The translations under genes and the position numbers were made by a program. From Chrysomallon squamiferum (Eukaryota; Animalia; Mollusca), in NCBI GenBank assembly GCA_012295275.1, contig CM022679.1, positions 24,428,001-24,492,000 of the forward strand: a DNA stretch of 64,000 bases. Reading direction: 5' to 3'. Positions 43,223 through 56,835 of the stretch are shown here, piece after piece. Below the pieces are notes generated by a model. The model saw nothing but the letters and a program-made list of their open reading frames with translations. It made no database searches and was not told where the DNA came from. Numbering within the stretch: the stretch's first letter is position 1; every line of letters begins with the position of its first letter.

Positions 43223-44322
43223 ATGAGTGAAATAAACTTCAAAGTCAATCTGAGCTACGGTGGGGAAATTTCGTGCAAGATGACGCAATTAATAAAGACA
43301 CTCTGTTCGCACAGTTTCTCGTTTGGACAATTTTTCTTCCCATCACGGTTCTGGCCGGCCTGATTGGGAATATTCTTACGATTATCGTTCTTTGGAGACG
43401 TGAGATGCAGTCGCCCACTATTTACTATCTGAGAGCCTTGGTCATATCGGACTCGGGAATTCTCGTGTCGTCTGTGATAGCCTTGACCCCTTACGCTTGC
43501 TCCAATTACCTCGAGTCAGCGTCTATGACCTTTTACAAAGAAGCTATATACCCAGTAATACACAGTCCAGTCAACTTCATCGTCATGTCCCTGCAGACAG
43601 CCAACGTTTGGCTTACGGTTTCTGTCTCCGTGGAACGCTACATCGCCATCTGCCATCCCTTCAAATCGACAAAGATCTGCACGAAGAAAAAAGCTCTCGT
43701 CGTCATAATCGCCATTGTTGTTTCCTCCATCGTCTACAACATCCCTCGCCTGTTCGCGACGCGCGTGCGCGAATGTCCCGACTCCCAAGGACACCCGTGC
43801 TACGTTCTAGCAACGACTCCGTTCGGAGGAACGTACTCGTATCAGGAGATATACGTGAGGATAATGTTCTGTATCATAATTTTTGTGATTCCCTTAGGTT
43901 CACTGTTAATTCTCAATATATTTATCATAATGGAACTGATGCGCATGCAGCGCAGAGCTCGTGGTTCCAACATTCATGAAGACAATGAAGCGAACCTGAC
44001 TCTCGTGTTAGTGTTAATTGTTGTTGTGTTCATCATCTGTCAGACTCCCGGTCTCATTGCGCAGTTCGACATGTTCGACGTGGACACATTTCTCAAGTGG
44101 CTGGCTTTCAGCAATTATTTATTTGTGTTCAATTCTGCAGTGAACTTCCTCATATACACGGCGTTTGGGAGAAAGTTTAGAAAAGTTTTGATACGCGTTT
44201 TTCATCGCATCGTAAAGCGCTCTCGATCTCTGAGCATATCTAGAACTCACGTGACAACGAACGGCTATGAACTGACAGCCATTGCCGATACGGAGAACAC
44301 GGTGGTTGATGTGTACCAGTGA
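43223..44322 (+). CDS. Class A (rhodopsin-like) GPCR, FMRFamide/sex-peptide/myosuppressin receptor-like group; intronless CDS; apparent 1-nt frameshift near 43262-43271
   Basis: ORF 43273-44322 encodes 7 hydrophobic helices with family motifs GLIGNILTIIVL (TM1), YLRALVISD (TM2), QTANVWLTVSVSVERYIAICHPF (TM3), YNIPRLF (TM4), FIICQTP (TM6) and NSAVNFLIY..GRKFR (TM7/helix 8). There is no in-frame ATG before TM1: upstream in-frame TGA at 43228-43230, first in-frame ATG at 43405. ATG 43223 (A at -3) reads MSEINFKVNLSYGGE and joins the ORF if one base is added in GGGGAAATTT, giving about 366 aa. Confidence 0.9.
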
Positions 44323-44684
44323 CCAGTTTTCTGTTCTAGGCTGTTTCTAATAGCAACCACTGGTATTAATGTCGAAATAAAACGAAGAACGAAAAGTAAG
44401 AACGAATTTGAACGGATCGGAGTAGCAAGTAAAGTATTCGAGAAAAAAAAGAAAGCTAAAACAAAACACAGTTTCAACTATAATAACAAGCGGTGTTCCA
44501 AAAGAAAACATGGCAAGATTTACTTACCTTTTCAGCTGAAATGAAATATCGTGCAATTCATAAAATAAGACACGTCGAAGAACGATAATACGAATAATAT
44601 AATATTCTAGGAGATAATAAAACGTGTACCAGGAATAGCTATTTTTGCGGAAATAATGCTCAAACAGAGATGACAAGCGTTCAA

Positions 44685-44931
44685 CGGAAAGTAAGCAATG
44701 TTTTAACACGAATGCTTAGGTTCGTCAGAAATAAAGCAATGTTCTAAAGGGAATGACTGATATTGAACATAAAATACTCTAACATGAAATGACTAATGTT
44801 CCAGTAAGAATGACTGTGTTCTTCTAAATTAAGCAGTGCTGAAACATGAATGATTAATTTCAGCAGAAAATAAGCAATGATAATCACTGGATTATTACGT
44901 ACACAGAAACGAGCAATAGTTTAAAAAAAAA

Positions 44932-44964
<33 letters not shown>

Positions 44965-45170
44965 TAAGATTTACCAGAAAGACGATGTATTAAATCTTTA
45001 ACAACATACAGTTCCAACAACATTAAAAGACATTTCCAGCAAGAATTACGGTCTGTCCCGTAAAACAAAATTAAGTTTATATATATTGTTCTAACAGAAA
45101 ATGATAATTTTTTAAACTGAAATATCCTAATGTTTCAGCAGAAACTGGATGAAGAACATGAAATATAATG
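44685..45170 (+). repeat. Highly degenerate ~20-bp minisatellite in the GPCR 3' flank / UTR
   Basis: Recurrent AATGTT(C/T)(T/C)A(A/G)CA(G/T)GAA(A)TGA(C/G)-like units, e.g. near 44697, 44739, 44795, 45087 and 45129. Confidence 0.55.
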
Positions 45171-48118
45171 TTAAAATTAATTAGCGGTACTTAAGTGTAT
45201 AGCAAAAATGAGTATATCAAAATATTTTTTGTATATATTGGTACAACGCTATCCGCATTTCAAAAATAAATAAATAATTTATAATTAAAAAACAAATACG
45301 CTATATACACGTAATGAAAAATGAATATTGTTAAAAAAAAGGAATGCATTTATATTCCTTATTTGTTCTCGATGTTGTAATAAATAATGCAAATCAGGTT
45401 TGTTTTTGTATTATCAGAATTCGGGAATAAATAAATAAATAGGATTTTCGTTTCGAGGTTTAAACGTAGACCTTGTAAGTTGAAAAGATATTACAAAGCA
45501 AGATGCCTGTAAATTATTATAATTCATTTGACCTTTATTTGTAAATAAATAAATAAATAAATAAATACATTCCTAAAAGTTCTAACACAGACATTGCAGT
45601 TTCAAAAGACACAAGGCAAGTCCAATACGTTTGCCGTCTAATAGCTGTTGTGTATCAGACAAAAGTATGAAAATGATTGATGTAAATTAAACAGTCAAAA
45701 AATATAAAAACAATAAAAGTTTATAAAACAGTGTAAAGAGCCGTGCAAAATACAAGTATCCGTAAATAAGATCGAAAGAGAGTTGTGAAGTTTTTAAAAA
45801 CAAAATGAGTCAAATTACGAAACCGTAATGTTATTGTCCATGTCATGTAATTATTCGATAACAGAATGAACTGCATGAATAAAATAATGTAATTAATAAA
45901 ATTTTACACACACACACATTTATAAAACTAATTATACTAACTAATGTTTTTGTGTGCTTGTGTGTATCAAAGATCAAAATGCCAGAAAAAAATTACATTT
46001 CTAATATTAGAAAGAAACTTTAGAACCTTAATCAAAATCAAAGTCAACAACAAAGAAAAGAACATAACACCTGCAAAAGTACTGAAACAGCCTGTAGGAG
46101 GAATCCGGTGTGTTTTTACGCACATCATTATTAACAGATAAAGTATTACTGTCACAGCCCACGGCAAACATAACACGAAAGAACCTTTCAAATTTAAATA
46201 TCGTCTTACAGGAAGAACCCATTTTCAGTTATCGTCTGCAGATACTTCCTGTCACGGGACACCACCTAATGTTTGGAAGCGGACATCAGTCTCTGAGGTA
46301 AAGATTTTTTCCTGAGGGCCCGTGTTTCGAAAGATCAGACCTTCCCGTTCCATTTACAAAGTACAATATATTGTCCGTTCCAGATTAACTTTTCTACTGC
46401 TGCTTTTGCTATTTCTATTGCTGCTGCTGCTGCTAGTATCACCACTACAGCAACAATCACCACTACTACAATTATGATTACTACACAACTACTACTATTA
46501 CAAACATCAGTACTACTAGAGCTGGCGCTGTTGCTACTGTAACGACGCTGCTGGTACCAACACAACTACTACAATGATAACACCATTGTTACTACCACTA
46601 ATATTATTGCCATTAATGTTGCTACTTGTAGTTCAATTACTATTACATATACAGAATATCACTAAATCAATTGTTTTTTTGTTCTACTACTTCCACCAAT
46701 ATCATTACTTTTTATTTTATTTTTCTTAAGTTATTTTCTGAAATAAAATCACCTGCCAGTTCTTATTTTTATCACAGAATCCTTTTTGGTTAGATCCAGT
46801 GTTGATTTTTTTTTTTCTAAATTAAATATTTCATCACGAAGATTACTGTGACATCCTACAGTAGCTGTCGCTAAGCCATCATTATTAAAACACAGACTGA
46901 ATCCTTTAACTACTTCTACTCCTGATATAACTGTATACTATCACTACTACTACTACAGCTACTAAAACTACTACTACTATTGCCAGTACAACTATTACCA
47001 CTATTCTACCACTACTTCTGTTACCACAGTTTTTTAATATTACATCAACTACTACCACTACAATTATTATTCCGTCCACATGCTGTACTAATAATAATAT
47101 TATTACGTCAACATGCTCTACTACTATAAAACTGTCAATACTATTAATACCATTGCCGCTGCGACAACCACTAATATTATTACTACTAATTAATACTACT
47201 GTTACTACTAGCACTACTACTAGTAGAACTACTAGTACTACTAGTAGTAGAACTACTATTACTACTACTGCTACTACTACTACTACTACTACTACTATTT
47301 TTTCTCGTATTGCTGCTGTCAAATATCGAAAAAAAAATTTTGACAAAAAGCACTTTTTTCTGTTGTTTCATTGGTACTTATAAAGATCTGTCATACAAAC
47401 ATATTTTAAAAAAAAATACCTCGACTCTGTAGGTGCTAATTCTGCGATCTGTCACACGTCTCACGTAAACTGATTATTACATTAGTGGATTGACGTCAAA
47501 CAAAAAAGATATCCTCTTTTTATTATTTAATACAAGACGTATAAATTCACTTTCATAACAAGAAAAGGAAATACAACGGTGGAAAAAAAAACCTACCAAA
47601 AAACTCAAAAAACAACTCGAATCTCTATTTAGACTCAGAATAGACCATAATCAGGTTTTGAGTTAAAAAGTAATGGAAACTGCTTGCCTTCGGGACGTTC
47701 ATTACATTCAATATTCATTAGTCTCCGACGGTTACGACGCCATCTTCATCGACAACGTGATGCCTGTAAGTTTCTTTGAAGATAAAATTAGAGAAAGCGA
47801 TAACAACACATCATTTAACAAGAACGATTATAATCATAAAAATGCAACAAACAACAACAACATCAACGATAACTACAAGTACAAAGATAGTAATAAATAA
47901 TAAAACTGGTAGTAATGATAGTGCTAGCTATTAGTTGTAGCAGGTGCTGAAGAAAAGTAGTAGTAGTAGCAGCAGCAACCATTAGTAGTAGTAGTAGTAG
48001 TAGTAGTAGTAGCAAAATTACAACTACAACAGTAGGATTTGTCTTGATGATAATAGAACTTACTTGCAGTTGTGATACTGATTATGATAATAGTAGCAGT
48101 AATAGAAGTGGTGGTGGT

Positions 48119-48196
<78 letters not shown>

Positions 48197-48259
48197 ATAG
48201 TAGTAGTAGTAGGAATAGCAGAATATTAACTCGAATTAATGAAAGCATCAGAGTTCTTT

Positions 48260-48506
48260 CTTTATTTGTACAGATATTTCAAAACATTAGTCTTTAATGT
48301 TCATTCACTTTTGTTATTCTTATAGTGTAACTTGGTTTTCAAAACATTAATCCTTAATGCTTGAGTCTATGTTTATTTTCATTCTGTATCTGTCGAGTGT
48401 AACATAGTTTCCAAAGCATTAATCACTGACGCGGAGATACGCCCGGACATTCTTTATTAAGTTTTGTTTCAAAACATTAATCCTTACCTCTAAAGTTATT
48501 TCGGGG

Positions 48507-48551
<45 letters not shown>

Positions 48552-48660
48552 AAAATAAAAAAAAATAAATAAATAAATAAATAAAATTAAATTAAATTAA
48601 ATTAAATAATATGTCTTTATTTATCGTAATTTTATTTTCAAAACATTACATCTTAACATA
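48260..48660. repeat. Degenerate ~60-70 bp tandem repeat with conserved core TTTCAAAACATTAATCCTTAA (5 copies), interrupted by poly-A
   Basis: Core at about 48277, 48337, 48408, 48467 and 48636. Confidence 0.8.
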
Positions 48661-50538
48661 AATCAGCTAAAGAGAAGCAATAAAAGCCAGATGTCAATGG
48701 TTTACTCTTTATCTCGTGTTACTGAAGTTAACGCTTTCTTTTTCACTCTCTTCCAACACATTTGTGAACAGCCTGTGTTTTAAACCGATTAGTTTCGTAC
48801 AGCGGACTGATAACTGGACGGTATCAAACTCACATAGCACATTGGCTGCTTCCACACGTTAATAATTTATACGGTATCAGGGAGCGAGTGGGGAAGAAAG
48901 GCCGCAGGAATGAAAAAGCAAACAGTGACTACGTATTTCTTGATTAGACCGACACCCTGTGAATACAATGGCGTGGATCACGCGAATATTTATTTTCTTT
49001 TGTTTGTCGGTTGTTGTTTGCTTCTCTTTTTTTTTTCTAGACGTTGTGTGATACTGCAGTAATATCCCGAACTGAAATTTCAGAACAGTGGACTGAAGTT
49101 CTAAAACACTATTTTTAGTAGTGTTGAGCACATAGGAATCTGTGTGGTGTTTATGAAGATACCGATGATGATGATGATGCTGACAATGATTATGATGATG
49201 AATAATTTATTTATTTAGATTCTTCTGACTCCATTTGAATATAGGCTAACTAAGTGTGATTCCAGACAATAATATGTTTATATTGTTGTTGTTGTTGTTG
49301 TTGTTATTATTTTTGTATAGATAGAGTTTGTTCTTAAATTTTATTTATAAAATGTTTTATTTTATTTTATTTTATTTCATTTTATTTCATTTTTAATCTA
49401 AGCTAGATTTAGATTTTGTTTTGTGATTTATTTTTGTATTTCTTCTTCAGGAATCTTGTAAACTGCGTTTTGAAAAGAAAAGAAAAAAACCTAATCTAAC
49501 GGGATGTATGCAACAAGACAGGATTAGTTATTCTAAGCACCACTAATAAAGTCTCTTATCCTTCACCTACATTTTTATCACAAAAAACTTACTTCAGATT
49601 TTTTTCTCTTTAATTCACATTGCTACATTTCCATAGCTAATAGTAAAGGAATTTCCTTATAATTAGTTTTGAAAGGAAAAGACAAAGTTAACGAAAGGTA
49701 TACAATATCCGTTGAACAATATTTAATCAGTGGATCTCAGAAACGTTTTCTTTGACATGTCCTGTACATTGTCGGGGATGATGCTGTGTTTTTTTTTTTT
49801 TTTTTAACATAACATGTAATTACATCTGAATAACAGAAACGACGGCACGGTTATTAAACATTTGCTTTTAAAGTATAGCTACGTGGACAAAAATCTTGTT
49901 TCTTTCTAGAGTCAACAGAAGAAATGCAAAAAATCAGTGAACTTTATTTTCTTTCAAACTGTAATGTTGATACTGCAAGACAAACGTGGGTGCTGGATTG
50001 AATGCTCAGATCAAAGGTGCCTGAATATTTCATAAATACAAGCATGCTGTAAATAATCAGTTTGTCATGTCCTTCCTAGGAATTGTTTTTTTCCTGCAGA
50101 CCTTTTTCTGGTTTGTGTGTGTGCGAGTGTGTGTGTTTGTGTGAATGTGTATGTGTATGTGTGTCCGTGTGTGTGTGTTTGTGAATTTTTATTTGATAGT
50201 GTTTATTTCTGTTAAAAGCTAATTTGTCTTTCCTAACAGTCGATTTTAAATTTGCTTTTTGTTTTGTATTGTCGATTGTTTTGTTGTTGTTTTTTTTTGT
50301 GTTTTTTTGTTCGTTGTTGCTAAGTTGTTGTTTTTTTTTTTTTTCTATTTGCTTGCGGGTTTTTTTTTTTATTTGTGTTTTATTGTTGTTCTTGTTGTTC
50401 TTTTTTAAGGGTTTAATAATTATATAAGAAAAATTAAATTCCAAATGAACACTGGAAACAATAAGAAACAAAAATTTATACGAAATTAAAGGGGTAAGGG
50501 GATTATAGCTTTTCTGTGAAAAGGTGTCCGATTGTTTC

Positions 50539-50578
<40 letters not shown>

Positions 50579-50787
50579 TGTTATTTTAAAAAGGTTTAAT
50601 TATCTTATATTCAAAATTTACTTTGAATGGAATATTTGTAACAATTAAAAAACTTTATGTATAATGACAATTATAGAGAAAGAATTCTTATTTATAACAA
50701 TTCTTAAGTATCTACTTTAAATTTTTTGATCATTATTACTATTATTAATATTATTACTGTTACTGCTATTGTTATTTATTTTTTATA

Positions 50788-50875
<88 letters not shown>

Positions 50876-51783
50876 TGGAGAACTTAACATACTTTATCTT
50901 TTAGAATAACAAGGTTGATGTTTGAGACAGATAACGTGAAAAAACATAATAATAAAAAAAGAATTTAAAAATACGAATGAAAAAAAGGAAATAATAATAA
51001 TATAAAAAGAATACGAAAAAAATCAGTAACGATAACACTTCCACTTAATGATCCGAAGAAAGTCGTACAGCCCCTTTTCCCAGCGGAAGTAGTGACCTTA
51101 AAGCCGCCCTATATGACCGCACTGTGTTAACAGTTTGCAAAGATTTTTGAAAAGACTGAAAAAAACAAAATGACAGGAAATGAAGAAAAAGAAAAACGAA
51201 AACGAAGAAAAGACAAACTAGTGCAGGAAATTGCCTCACTTTCAATTTCTCGGTCGTCCGGTCAGAAAGATGAGATTAATTACGAATCTCTTCGTCGATC
51301 TTCGGAAACAAAACAGATTCATCTTCGGAGAAGGTCGTTTGTCATCGCAGTTTTCAACCTATGCCTCGGGGAGGCTATGCATAGGTCACAAAAATTACTG
51401 CTATGGTATTCGTTCACTTGAAAAAGTCAGTGATTGACCGAATTAAAAATATTCAGACAGAAACGAAAAAATAATAAATAAACTGATAATAAAACAAGTA
51501 CTAAGAGACCAGAAAAAAGAAACACATTGACATACGGGTTGATTTCAGTACAAATACGCATTCCGTATCACATACACACACATCCCACATGTAGTAGTAA
51601 TACGTATACACTTACATTAAAACATACTTAAATGAATACATATACACACACACACACACACACACATACACACACACATACACACACACACACACAAATA
51701 CACGCATACAAAACATAGAAACTCTTATTTCAACGTTTTCTAAACACTTACTTTAAAACTTAGATATATGTCGACAAATGACG

Positions 51784-51831
<48 letters not shown>

Positions 51832-54600
51832 TCATACAGACAGACACAAACACACATACACAGACAGACAGATACAAATATAGAAATATACATCGTACAT
51901 TTAAATGCATAACAGAATGATGATGATAATCACGATGACGATATTGATGACGGCGATGATGGTAATGAAAGATTACAATTTACATAACAGCAATTGGCAT
52001 CTAGGAATCAAACAATAAATTTCGGCACTGACAATAAAAAAAAAAAAATAATAAATAATAAATAAAAGAAGAATGGAAAGAGGAAAAGAGACAAAAAAAT
52101 AAAAAAAATAACACGCACATAAACACGTACCAAGGAGTCAAACTACTTACTTATCGCTCCTATTGTAGATCCTACTTTGAGTATCAGATACGGTGAATGA
52201 TGTCATTTCATTGTTGACGTCATCTCGCTGTTCACGAGTTATTAATTTTATTTACGCAGGGTCGTGGTTAAAGCGATTCTATAGGGTATGTAGTTACTAT
52301 GTACACTAAAACATTTAATTTCTTTGCACAGGTAATGATATTATATCTGTCGATAATGAAAAGAGTAGATAACTAATTTACCGCTGTAACTGTTAAGTTT
52401 GATGGCTCAGTAACTTCGCTGTTAATTTGGTCTGTTGCTAGGATTATTAAAATGGTTTTAATACTATTAGCCAGATCTAACTGTCTTTTCTGATTATTAA
52501 GTTGCTGTCGGTGATTAACGATCATGATGCGACGCCAACGAAAATAACAATAATTGTTGTTGTAGTTGCCATAGCGATATAGTTGGTAACGTCATATTCA
52601 ACATCATCTGTATATTATGGGATTATAGATGATGATGATGATGATGATGATAGCTACGGTGACGATAGTGATAAGGATAATAATAGTAATGCTGGTGATA
52701 ATGACAACGACAAATACAGTGATGATGATGATGATAACAAAAATGAAGATTATGATGATTATGATTACCACAATAATAATGATTATGATGATGACGACGA
52801 TTACAATATAATTTCTGTAGATGTTGATATTTGATACCGTAGTTCGAGTGCTGTAGCTGGCTGCATTTTTAGGCTGTAGCTGACCTAGTTGTTGTCGTAG
52901 TTGTTGTTATTTTAAATAACACCCCAGCCTCCTATCCACGACGCTAATTGTCTCGGTAATAAAGCTGTCGTGTTTCGCACTCTTCCTGCTATGTGACGAC
53001 TTCTAAACACAGCACGCTGTCTGGCTCGACGTCATTACACGTTTCGTACATCTCCAGGGACGACATTTTTAAACTTGGCTCCAGTGGTCTTGTCACGATG
53101 AATCACACATAGGCGATTTATCGATTATTTCTTTCAATTATTGATGATATTGAAATCGGACTTTATCGCCTTCAAGCCAAAAAACTTAGTGCGTCTTTAG
53201 ATAAATAAATTTGCACCTTTAGAGAGGCTCATGTTGATATAGATAAATAAATTTTGATGAAAAAGCCATATATATATATATACTTTAAAAGAGTAAGCCC
53301 ATAGCTGAATAAATAAATTTATACTTTTAAATCTATCATTAAAAAATAATTTAATTTTTTTAATGAGAAAGCTAATATTTTTATATAAATAACTTATTCA
53401 TTCATTCATTCATTCATTTAGTTATATAGAAGTTTCTCTCCAACTTTATCCGTATGCATGCGCTAATGCTTGTGTGGATCTATCTTCTTTTTTTTTTTCT
53501 TTTTTTTAGATTAATTCTAGATTAATTGTTATTTAACCAGTTTAATCTGCTGTTTTTTCCTTTTACTCAATCTTCTTCATCAATCTGCTTTCTTTTTTCT
53601 TTTTCCTTTTTTTTTTTGTTGGTGTTATTATTGTTGTTTATTTATTTGTTTAGTTGTTTGATTGTTTGTTCATTTGTTAGTTTGTTTATTTGTTTAATAT
53701 TATTATTTTCTTTTTGTATGTATGTTTTTTTTTTTATTATTATTTTTTTTTTTTGTTAAAAATAAAATAATAACAAAATGGAATTACGGCTGTCAAAATT
53801 AATTTTTTTTTTTTGTGTAAGCAATTTTTTTAAGCCATTATTTCATTATTTCTTTCAGTTCATCTCCACAAAGATGTTGATTTGTTTTATTTTCTTTTGG
53901 GGTTGTTAAAATTTTTTATATTTATTAAAATTTATTTCTTTGTTTCTTGGATTTTATTTTTATTTATTTATTTTAAATATTCGTCGTTTTTTGTCTTTTC
54001 TCTTTTTTTTTTTTTTTATTTTTATTTGCTTCAGTTCATAGTTTTTATTCGGTTTTTTTAATGGGGTGGTGGTGAATTTTTTTTTTTTTTTTTTTTTCCA
54101 ATGTTATGACCCAACAATCTGTAATTACGTTTATAGAAAAATAACACGAACAAAATGTCAAAGGCTTTGACAAAATCTACAATTTCTCTCAGTCCTGTAC
54201 GCTTCCATACTTGTAAGAATCACAGACTAAACGGTGTTACTCAATTACCATTATGGCAACACACAGGTCCGCGGGGAAATTAAATCAAGACAAATCGAAT
54301 TTCGCACCGGAGATCATCATTATCCTTCATATTCGTAGGAAAAGAATCAATCTGGAAGATACAATAGCCAAATGTCTGGAGAACAGGTTAGGAGTAAGAA
54401 AATAATGCTAAAATATTATGCATTGAAATGATTGAATGACTGTAAAATTTTATTATTGTTGCTGGTGATTATAACGATGATGATGATAATGACGTTTATA
54501 TGACAGTAGTAAGAAGAGAAAAAAAGGAAAGAAAAATTCAAAGCAGTAGAAAACAAGGAAAAAATAAAAAAAATAAATGGAAATGATTGATATCTTAAAG

Positions 54601-54675
<75 letters not shown>

Positions 54676-55474
54676 GAAAAGGAAGCGAGCTTAAAACAAT
54701 AAAACACTCAAAAAAGAATTCGGTTAGTATGACAGTTGTATGAGCTAATGATATCGAACGATTTTTTTTTCCACCGATAACAGCATGATAATATAAAATT
54801 CAGTAAATAGAATGACAATCACTCGACCATGCATCATCAATCATGAATATAGGTAGATTACGTACGAGAATCCATTTTTTTTTTTTTTTTCCGGCCAATT
54901 ATTTTTCCTCAAGTTTCATACCGATCGTACCAAAGGCACTCCTTTTTCATTTCTCTTTTATTTATTTATTTATTTATTTACTTATTTATTTTTATTTGTT
55001 ACTATTTATTTTAATGTTTTAAGTCGTAGAATCCACCCATATCCAAACAGCGACGCTGATATATCACAAGCGGAGGTAATTATAATCTTTATTAAACGGA
55101 CAAACTAATCCAACATTCTCTATTTCTGGAAAAAAGTCGAAAACAAATTTCAGAACAATCTAAAACTGCTAAATTAAGACTCTACTTTTATTTTATTTTT
55201 CTTCTTTTCTGTTATTATTATTGATTTTGATTTAAAAAGTAATGAATTATTAAATGAAAATAAATGTAGCCTGTTTTTATCATCACTGCTGTAGTGCTGT
55301 TGTTTTTTATAACATGCTGTTTATTTTATGAAGCTGAAAAATAAATCATTTATTTACTTATTTATTTATTATTAACAAATCTGTTAATTCAATAATTTAA
55401 CCAATTTCAAGGTAAATAATCTATTCTGAATAACAAGCCACCATAATTAATATTCTTGGTGTCTGAAACGACGT

Positions 55475-55522
<48 letters not shown>

Positions 55523-56785
55523 TAATAATAAATAAATAAAATAAAATGGCGGATGACGCAGACTAGATAAGTGAACTGCCTCTGATTCAACACCATTTAT
55601 AAATACGCACGAAAGTAAACGTTTGAAAACGCATTCTATAAATATAATCAAAATCTTACATAATCTATTTCACATTTAGTCCGTCATTTCCCGACGAGTG
55701 TTAATAAACAAGTCTATTTTATCTGGCATGAAGTGTCTGTGAGAAGGAACTTTGTAATACCGTTTTAAAGTCTGCCGACACACAGATTATGCAAGGCAAA
55801 TGAACCGAAATGGTGGAAAATTGGTAATACTACAAATGGGACACATTTAAAAATTTGCTCCATACTCCAATTTTTTTTTTCTCCGTGATCCCAAGCAAAA
55901 ACAGCCGATGAGTTTTAATACTTTTTTTAATCAATGAACAGTAATCAGTCAACACAGAAGAAATATTTATTATTAATAATTATGGAAGAAGTAATATAAT
56001 ATAATAGTAGTAGCAGGAGTAGTAGTAAAGAAGTAGTAATAGTAATAGTAGTGAAATAAGTAAAGTAATATTAGTAGTAAATTAGTAGTTGTTGTAGTAG
56101 TAGTAGTAGTAGTAGGGGTATAACTCGTAGTAGCAGTTCTAAAAGTAGCAGTAGTAAGTCAAATATATTATCTGATTTTTCAGATTATCATCATCATCAT
56201 CATCATATTTTTGTGTTAAAAAAAAAAATCACTTCTCTTCATTAATTATTTTATTTTAATCTTTTATTTTACTTTATTTTATTATTATTATTAATAATTT
56301 TGTATTTGTTTTTGTTTTTGTTTTTGTTATTTTCCATTTGTTTTATTTGCACTTCATGAACCTGGACGGCTGACTTCTGTCATTAAACACCGCTTATATG
56401 AAGTTATACGATTATCGTTGTTATCTATTTCTTGAGTATACACAACAATATCCAATAAATTGACCAAAAATAAGCCAGGAAGCCGGAGCGTCTAGTCCAT
56501 CCCAGTCGAGCGGACCATTAAAGACAATTTTCTTAAATTATAGGGTGCTTTGCAGAAGTAAATTTTACGTTTTCTTCAAACACGTGTAATCAAGATCGAC
56601 GGCCATTATGAAGCCATTTGTGCAAAACAAACTAAATCATTTTCTGCGTCACGTTCTGACTCACATTACCGAAGTGTTGTTGTTGCTAATATTTTCTTTC
56701 TTTTCCGTATTAATTTTTATTATTTAATGAAACTATTTCGCATTTATATGAGCAAGTATCCCCGAGAGAATTTGTTAAGGACCCT

Positions 56786-56835
<50 letters not shown>

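Noticed and set aside
43259-43272. Programmed -1 ribosomal frameshift at GGGAAAT / AAATTTC to rescue the GPCR
   Set aside because: Both heptamers are phased on the 7TM frame, not the ATG-43223 frame (GGT GGG GAA ATT), so canonical tandem slippage would not join the two.
43198-43275. A-to-I editing creating a start codon or removing the stop
   Set aside because: There is no in-frame ATA before TM1, and reading through TGA 43228 meets TAA 43198 with no ATG in between.
43497-43979. Overlapping 160-aa (+) and 92-aa (-) ORFs inside the GPCR
   Set aside because: Expected by-products of GC3-rich codon usage; no recognisable features.
48260-48660. CRISPR-like repeat/spacer layout
   Set aside because: Repeats are degenerate and linkers share sequence (AGTGTAAC, TCTTTATT); no cas genes or leader.
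51357-51387. Small hairpin ACCTAT-GCCTC-GGG-GAGGC-TATGC-ATAGGT
   Set aside because: Short, bulged and single; not distinguishable from chance.
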